A DNA stretch of 30,905 bases, from positions 1 through 30,905 of IMG/VR virus record IMGVR_UViG_3300033067_000044; one strand, given 5' to 3'. Below, piece by piece: positions 25,524 to 30,905 of this stretch. Position numbers and translations under genes: made by a program. This DNA comes from a virus. Lineage: Duplodnaviria > Caudoviricetes. Position 1 is the stretch's first letter, and each line of letters begins with the position of its first letter. Under the pieces are notes generated by a model. It was not told the DNA's origin and did no database searches. It saw only the letters and a program-made list of their open reading frames with translations.

Positions 25524-26531
25524 ATGTCAGACGGAAACGCCAACCCCACAGGGAGCATCCCCGCAGGTCCAATGTCAGTGGACGAAGCGTCCAATGCACT
25601 CGCTCAATTATTCGGCCCTGAAGAAGGACAAGCCGAAGAAGAAGTTGAGGCGCAGTTGTCATCCGATGAGGATGACGCGGCATCTGTCGATGAAGAACTA
25701 GACACGCAAGACGATGAGTCTAGTGACGAAACGACAGATGAACAGTCAGAAGATTCTGATGAAACCGAGGAAGACGAACAGCCACAAGTTTTCTCCGTCA
25801 AGGTTGACGGTAAAGAAATCGAAGTGACGCTGGAAGAACTCCAACAAGGTTACAGCAGGACCCAAGACTACACACGAAAGACGCAACAGATCGCTGAAAC
25901 CCGTAAAGCGGTTGAAGCTGAAGCTGCTGCTATTCGTGCCGAGCGTGAACAGTACGCTCAGTTGTTAGGAGCGTTGCAACAGCAACTTGAGTCGGCTGGT
26001 GAACAGCCTATTGATTGGGACCGTCTTTACGCAGAAGACCCCATTGAATGGGTACGCCAGCGAGAGTTAGTGCGTGACAAGCAAGAAAGACAGGCAGCTA
26101 TTCAATCTGAACAGCAGCGACTTTCTCAATTGACACAGCAACAACGTGCAGAGGAAATGAAGGCAACACTTGCGAAAGAAAGTGAAGAACTCATTAAAGC
26201 CATACCTGAGTGGAAAGACGAAAAGAAGGCGAAGGCTGAAAAGGCTTTGCTTATCGAGTTTGGCCAAAAGGTTGGTTACTCTGAAGAAGAACTCAAGAAT
26301 GTTTTTGACCATAGGGCTGTCATCACACTGCGTAAAGCAGCGTTGTATGACCAGATGGTGTCTAAGCGTAAAGACATCAAACCCGTAGTCAACAACGGTC
26401 CACGACCAGTAAAGCCTTCGGCGGCTGGTCGTGTCTCCTCATCAACTGAAAGTACTCGCGCAAAACAGCGTCTTGCAAAAACTGGTCGCGTCGATGATGC
26501 GGCTAAAGCAATTGAACTTCTTATGAAATGA
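25524..26531 (+). CDS. capsid scaffolding protein
   Basis: Acidic N-terminus, VKVDGKEIEVTLEEL..GY.R..DYTRKTQ, coiled coil; directly upstream of the capsid gene. Confidence 0.85.
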   Translation: MSDGNANPTGSIPAGPMSVDEASNALAQLFGPEEGQAEEEVEAQLSSDEDDAASVDEELDTQDDESSDETTDEQSEDSDETEEDEQPQVFSVKVDGKEIEVTLEELQQGYSRTQDYTRKTQQIAETRKAVEAEAAAIRAEREQYAQLLGALQQQLESAGEQPIDWDRLYAEDPIEWVRQRELVRDKQERQAAIQSEQQRLSQLTQQQRAEEMKATLAKESEELIKAIPEWKDEKKAKAEKALLIEFGQKVGYSEEELKNVFDHRAVITLRKAALYDQMVSKRKDIKPVVNNGPRPVKPSAAGRVSSSTESTRAKQRLAKTGRVDDAAKAIELLMK

Positions 26532-26540
26532 GGCACTTAA

Positions 26541-27503
26541 ATGGCTATCGTAACTAACACATTCACCACCTTTGATGCCAAAGGCATCCGTGAAGACCTG
26601 TCAAACGTCATCACAAACATCTCTCCCGAAGAAACTCCTTACATGAGCAACATCGGTCGTGAGTCAATCAGCAACTCGTTGTTCGAGTGGCAGACTGACG
26701 CATTGGCTTCTGCTGCTGCTAACAAGCAGTTGGAAGGTGATGATGTCACTTCGTTTGACGCTGTGACAGCTACTGTGCGTTTGCAAAACTACGCTCAGAT
26801 CAGCCGCAAGACAATCGTGTTGTCTGCTACTGAAGAAACCGTCAACAAGGCTGGTCGTAAGTCTGAATTGGCTTACCAAATCGCCAAGCGCGGTGCTGAG
26901 TTGAAGCGTGACCAAGAATTCACATTGTTGAACGGCGCTGTGGCTGCTGCTGGTAACAGTACAACCGCTCGTGGCACTGCTTCTTTGGGCGCTTTCGTGA
27001 AGACCAACGTGGATATGCAAACGAACGGTGCAAACCCTTCGTACACCACATTGCCTAACAGCGCACGTACAGATGGCAACGTCCGTACATTCACCGAAAC
27101 CATCTTGAAGAACGTGATTCAACAAGTGTGGGCTGCTGGTGGTACACCAAAGATGTTGATGACAGGTCCAGTGAATAAGCAGCGCGTGTCTGGCTTCTCT
27201 GGTATCGCATCAAGCCGTTTCAACATTGACGGTGGCGCAAAGCCAGCGACTTTGGTTGGCGCTGTTGACATCTATGTGTCTGACTTCGGCAACGTGCAAG
27301 TTATCGCTAACCGCTTCCAGCGTGAGCGTGACGCATGGGTGATCGACCCTGACATGGCCAAAGTTACTACTTTGCGTCCTTACCAACAAGTTGAACTCGC
27401 CAAGACCGGTGACGCTGAGAAGCGTATGCTGATCGTGGAATGGGGTCACAAAGTGTTGGCCGAGAACGGCATGGGCTTGGCTGCTGACTTGATTACTTCT
27501 TAA
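26541..27503 (+). CDS. major capsid protein (DUF5309/SU10-like)
   Basis: REDLSNVITNISPEETP, FEWQTD, NYAQI.RK, ELKRD and LAKTGDAEK; SD GAGG; followed by a terminator. Confidence 0.9.
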   Translation: MAIVTNTFTTFDAKGIREDLSNVITNISPEETPYMSNIGRESISNSLFEWQTDALASAAANKQLEGDDVTSFDAVTATVRLQNYAQISRKTIVLSATEETVNKAGRKSELAYQIAKRGAELKRDQEFTLLNGAVAAAGNSTTARGTASLGAFVKTNVDMQTNGANPSYTTLPNSARTDGNVRTFTETILKNVIQQVWAAGGTPKMLMTGPVNKQRVSGFSGIASSRFNIDGGAKPATLVGAVDIYVSDFGNVQVIANRFQRERDAWVIDPDMAKVTTLRPYQQVELAKTGDAEKRMLIVEWGHKVLAENGMGLAADLITS

Positions 27504-27514
27504 TCAAACCAAGG

Positions 27515-27544
27515 AAAGGGGCGGGGTAACTCGCCCCTTTTTTT
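27515..27544 (+). terminator. intrinsic terminator after the capsid gene
   Basis: AAAGGGGCGGG-gtaa-CTCGCCCCTTT followed by a T run. Confidence 0.85.
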
Positions 27545-27546
27545 AT

Positions 27547-27861
27547 ATGAACGAATCACGACTCTTTGACTATGACGAATACACAGGCTTAAAGAAGGTC
27601 TGGCATTACGACGAGGAAAAGGATGAGGCAACGATTGAGACTATTCAAGACGTTAACCCCATCATTGAGATGAACAAGATGGACTTAACGCAGTCCGACA
27701 ACAACGGCTGGAAGGGCGAGTTCCACCATGTTGCAAGAATCCCTTTGTCGATTTACTACAAGCTGCAAGCTGAAGGCAAGCTAAATGACGATGCCTACAT
27801 GAAGCGGTGGTTAAACGACCCCGATCAAAGATTCTTTCGCGTGAAAGAAGGACAAGTATAA
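27547..27861 (+). CDS. conserved post-capsid hypothetical protein
   Basis: QDVNPIIE.NK, HVARIP and WLNDPD..FFR motifs; 104 aa. Confidence 0.7.
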   Translation: MNESRLFDYDEYTGLKKVWHYDEEKDEATIETIQDVNPIIEMNKMDLTQSDNNGWKGEFHHVARIPLSIYYKLQAEGKLNDDAYMKRWLNDPDQRFFRVKEGQV

Positions 27862-27864
27862 AAA

Positions 27865-28521
27865 ATGACACAAGAAACCAAATACATCGCGGTATGCACA
27901 CCAGCAAGGGACATGGTCCACTCGAACTATACGTTCTGTCTCGTAAACATGGTCGCATACCACACACTCAACACACCAGACGCGATTGCTCTGAAGATCA
28001 ACCAAGGCACACTGATTCAGAATCAACGTGCTGATCTATGCCTTGAGGCCATGCGAGAAGATTGCACTCATGTGCTTTTTATCGACTCAGACATGACTTT
28101 CCCGCAAGATATGGTGAGTCGTTTATTGGCGCACAACGAAGACATCGTTGCTACCAACTGCGCTCGTCGTCGTATGCCAACAGGACCAACAGCTCGCAGT
28201 TTAGATGGTGAGCTTATTTATTCAATGCCTGAATCAACTGGCTTGGAAGAAGTCGAGTCAATTGGCATGGGCGTGATGCTTATCAGTCGTAAGGTGTTCG
28301 AGAAGCTGTCAGAGCCATGGTTTGAAACTCCTTGGCGCACAGACAAGCGTGGCTATATTGGCGAAGACGTTTTTTTCTGTCGCAAAGCAAGGGCTGCTGG
28401 CTTTAAAATCTACATTGACCACGATGTGTCGAAGGAAATCGGACACATTGGGACATTTGAATTCAGGCACGAACACACTTGGGTGATGCGTGACTTGGAG
28501 AAAGCACAAAAGGCATCCTAA
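27865..28521 (+). CDS. GT-A fold glycosyltransferase-like protein
   Basis: THVLFIDSDM (DxD), GMGVMLI, PWF, GEDVFFCRKA..AG..IYID and GHIG. Confidence 0.8.
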   Translation: MTQETKYIAVCTPARDMVHSNYTFCLVNMVAYHTLNTPDAIALKINQGTLIQNQRADLCLEAMREDCTHVLFIDSDMTFPQDMVSRLLAHNEDIVATNCARRRMPTGPTARSLDGELIYSMPESTGLEEVESIGMGVMLISRKVFEKLSEPWFETPWRTDKRGYIGEDVFFCRKARAAGFKIYIDHDVSKEIGHIGTFEFRHEHTWVMRDLEKAQKAS

Positions 28522-29141
28522 TGGCACTTACGACATACTCAGAGCTGAAGTCCTCAGTTGCAGATTGGCTCAACCGAACCGATTTGACAACAACAATCCC
28601 AGACTTCATTTCGCTGGCAGAAGCGCAAGTTGAACGCAAGCTGCGAACCCGTCAAATGATTGTTCGCGCAAACGCAACTATTGACACTGAGTATGGCACT
28701 GTGCCTTCAGACTACCTTGAAGTTAAGTCTCTCAAGCTGCAAACGAACCCAATCACTCCTTTGCAATTTGAGACTATTGATGCTCTTGATGGTTTGCAAG
28801 CTCAATACCCATCAGCAAGCAAGCCACGATTCTTCTCAATCGTTGGCTCTCAGATTCGTACAGTTCCAACACCAGATTCATCCTACACGGCTGAACTTAC
28901 CTATTACGCAAAGTTGACTAAATTATCAGATTCAGTGACCACCAATTGGTTGCTGACTTCTGCACCTGATGTCTATTTGTATGGTGCTTTGCTTCAGGCT
29001 GCTCCATACCTGAAGGATGATGCGAGAATTAGCGTATGGGCAACGCTGTATACGTCAGCAATGGAAGACTTACAAGTTGCTGATGATCGTGGTTCCACTT
29101 CTGGTGGCGCTTTGATTGCTAGAGCAAAAACTTTTGGATAA
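28521..29141 (+). CDS. head-tail adaptor protein
   Basis: TYSELK..VADWLNRTDL, IPDFISLAE, NWLL..APDVYLYGAL; about 200 aa, after the capsid gene. Confidence 0.75.
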   Translation: MALTTYSELKSSVADWLNRTDLTTTIPDFISLAEAQVERKLRTRQMIVRANATIDTEYGTVPSDYLEVKSLKLQTNPITPLQFETIDALDGLQAQYPSASKPRFFSIVGSQIRTVPTPDSSYTAELTYYAKLTKLSDSVTTNWLLTSAPDVYLYGALLQAAPYLKDDARISVWATLYTSAMEDLQVADDRGSTSGGALIARAKTFG

Positions 29142-29151
29142 GGAATAAGAG

Positions 29152-29550
29152 ATGTCATCTTTTAGCGATTACACCGAGAACCTCGTTCTCACTTGGCTGT
29201 TAACTAGCGGCTCTGCCACACGCCCCACAGCTTGGTATGTTGGTCTGTTCACTGCTGCCCCATCAGACACTGGTGGTGGTACTGAAGTTTCTGGCAGCGC
29301 TTACGCTCGTAAGGTCACTGGGACAATCACTGTTTCTGGTACTTCACCAACGACTGCAACCAACTCTGCTGCAATTGAATTTGCTGCTGCTTCTGGTGGT
29401 AACTGGGGAACAATCACCCACGCTGCAATCTTTGATGCTTCTACTGGTGGCAATATGCTGGCATGGGCTCCATTGACTACATCACGTACCATCAATGATG
29501 GCGATGTGTTCCGCATCCCTGCATCTAGTCTGACAGTAACTCTGACCTAA
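29152..29550 (+). CDS. small beta-rich tail-associated structural protein
   Basis: YVGLFTAAPSDTGGGTEVSG..YAR, WGTITH..IFDASTGGN and GDVFRIP. Confidence 0.7.
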   Translation: MSSFSDYTENLVLTWLLTSGSATRPTAWYVGLFTAAPSDTGGGTEVSGSAYARKVTGTITVSGTSPTTATNSAAIEFAAASGGNWGTITHAAIFDASTGGNMLAWAPLTTSRTINDGDVFRIPASSLTVTLT

Positions 29551-29552
29551 TC

Positions 29553-30317
29553 ATGGCAGCTTACGGCTCTGGCTATTACGGCGGGGGCAATTACTCTCGT
29601 GGAGTAAGCCTTGGAGCCGTAGCAATCGTAGATACTTCAACAGTATCTACAGCAGCAATTCGCGTCTGTGAAGGCGCGTTTTCTGTTTCTAGCGCCAGTT
29701 CTATTGCAGTTGCAGCCAATGTCGTAAAGCCAGACGCATCATTTACAGTTGAATCCACCAGCTCAGTTGCTGTTGCTGGTCAGCGTGTTGAAGATAGTGC
29801 TGTTGCCATTGCTTCTGCAAGTTCTGCTTCTGCTGCTGGTGAACGCATTGGGATTGGCGCTGCCACTGCTGCTTCTATCAGTTCTGTTTCTATTGTTGCA
29901 GAACGTATTGCAGTTGGCTCATTTATATCAACTGACGTAAGTGCAGTAACTGTCAATGGACTTCGTATCGCATTGGCAGAGATGAACGTCTTTGACGATG
30001 CTGTAATGACCGTTGGTTCACAAGTTATTGTGAATCAGCCAATGGTGTTTGATTCATACAGTCAAGTCATAATTTATGGCGAACAAATCCAAGAGCAAGG
30101 CTTCACAGTTTCGTGTGTTTCTGAGATGTCAGTCACAGCGCGTAAAAAGTGGGAAAATGAGGGCGATACAAGTGAGGCGTGGACAGACATTAACGACACA
30201 TCAAATGATTGGGTTGTAGCGTCTGACACTTCAGAGTCTTGGACCAATATTGATGACAATTCAGAGACTTGGACACAAATCTCTGATAACACTGAAACGT
30301 GGCAAGTTGCTGCATAA
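29553..30317 (+). CDS. Ser/Ala-rich virion protein with C-terminal Trp decamer repeats
   Basis: YGSGYYG N-terminus, S/A/V-rich middle, six Trp spaced exactly 10 aa apart. Confidence 0.7.
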   Translation: MAAYGSGYYGGGNYSRGVSLGAVAIVDTSTVSTAAIRVCEGAFSVSSASSIAVAANVVKPDASFTVESTSSVAVAGQRVEDSAVAIASASSASAAGERIGIGAATAASISSVSIVAERIAVGSFISTDVSAVTVNGLRIALAEMNVFDDAVMTVGSQVIVNQPMVFDSYSQVIIYGEQIQEQGFTVSCVSEMSVTARKKWENEGDTSEAWTDINDTSNDWVVASDTSESWTNIDDNSETWTQISDNTETWQVAA

Positions 30318-30327
30318 GGATTGAAAA

Positions 30328-30905
30328 ATGGCTGATACCACAACCACTAACATCTCGTTGACCAAACCAGAGGTCGGCGCATCAACTGACACATGGGGAA
30401 CAAAGATCAATACCGATCTTGACACCATTGATGCGATCTTCAAAGCTGACGGTACTGGTACAAGCGTTGGTCTTAATGTTGGGTCTGGCAAGGTTTTAAA
30501 CGTTACAGGAACAGCAAACTTTGCAACCATTGCTGCATCTGGCAATGTCACGCTTGGCGATGCCTCCACCGACACATTGAACGTAGGTAATGGTGGTCTT
30601 GTTAAGGATGCGTCAGGTAACGTAGGTATTGGTACGAGTTCTCCAACATCAAAATTAGATGTTAATGGGAATATAACCGTTCGCAACGGTTCGGGTGTTG
30701 CATTAGGGTATGCTCAAAACAATAGCGGCTGGTTTGATTTTAGTGGTAGCAGTAACACAAACGGAGTACAACTCTCTACAGATTCAGCACTTCCAGTTAG
30801 ATTTGTTACAAATAACGCAGAACGCGCCCGTATCGACTCCAGCGGTAACTTGCTGGTGGGGACTACGAGTGCTCAAGCAAAAATAACTACTTTTACAGGC
30901 TCTAA
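30328..30905 (+). CDS. tail fibre/spike protein (partial, runs off window; not in ORF track)
   Basis: SD TAAGGA; MADTTTTNISLTKPEVGASTDTWGTKIN..., GNVGIGTSSP and ERARIDSSGNLLVGTT fibre motifs; open to the window end. Confidence 0.85.
   Translation, partial: MADTTTTNISLTKPEVGASTDTWGTKINTDLDTIDAIFKADGTGTSVGLNVGSGKVLNVTGTANFATIAASGNVTLGDASTDTLNVGNGGLVKDASGNVGIGTSSPTSKLDVNGNITVRNGSGVALGYAQNNSGWFDFSGSSNTNGVQLSTDSALPVRFVTNNAERARIDSSGNLLVGTTSAQAKITTFTGS

Noticed and set aside
30328-30905. Diversity-generating retroelement or invertible tail-fibre system
   Set aside because: No reverse transcriptase, invertase or template/variable repeat pair seen in the window; the fibre gene is truncated, so this cannot be excluded outside it.

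Overview
The whole window is tailed-phage DNA of podovirus type, about 49% GC by eye. The host is probably a freshwater/environmental betaproteobacterium (inferred from the style of the accessory genes, not shown directly). It is an incomplete, circularly permuted genome. In order: (1) end of the virion operon with a GNAT-like gene, three ejection-type proteins and an LPD23-like HExxH protein (1-6128); (2) a leftward operon of about 19 small, translationally coupled accessory genes including a MazG-like and a DUF6378-like gene (6117-11209), several of them absent from the ORF track; (3) a divergent control region with a candidate small RNA (11210-11458); (4) a rightward replication/recombination operon (HTH, RuvC-like, DUF2800-like nuclease, SSB-like, primase-helicase) followed by an iteron-like origin; (5) terS, an intergenic region with DnaA boxes and a dif-like XerC/D site, a DNA methyltransferase flanked by an exact 30-bp duplication of the terL start, and terL; (6) a head module (portal, scaffold, capsid) interleaved with two glycosyltransferases, a SAM methyltransferase and a HiPIP-like Cys protein; (7) adaptor and tail genes running off the right end. 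No integrase, DNA polymerase, RNA polymerase, tRNA, CRISPR array or lysis genes are visible. Best leads: a dif-like site with DnaA boxes in an apparently integrase-less phage, a precisely excisable MTase cassette, a putative virion-glycosylation kit and an anti-SD-type sRNA. Family names come from motif recognition only; no searches were run.
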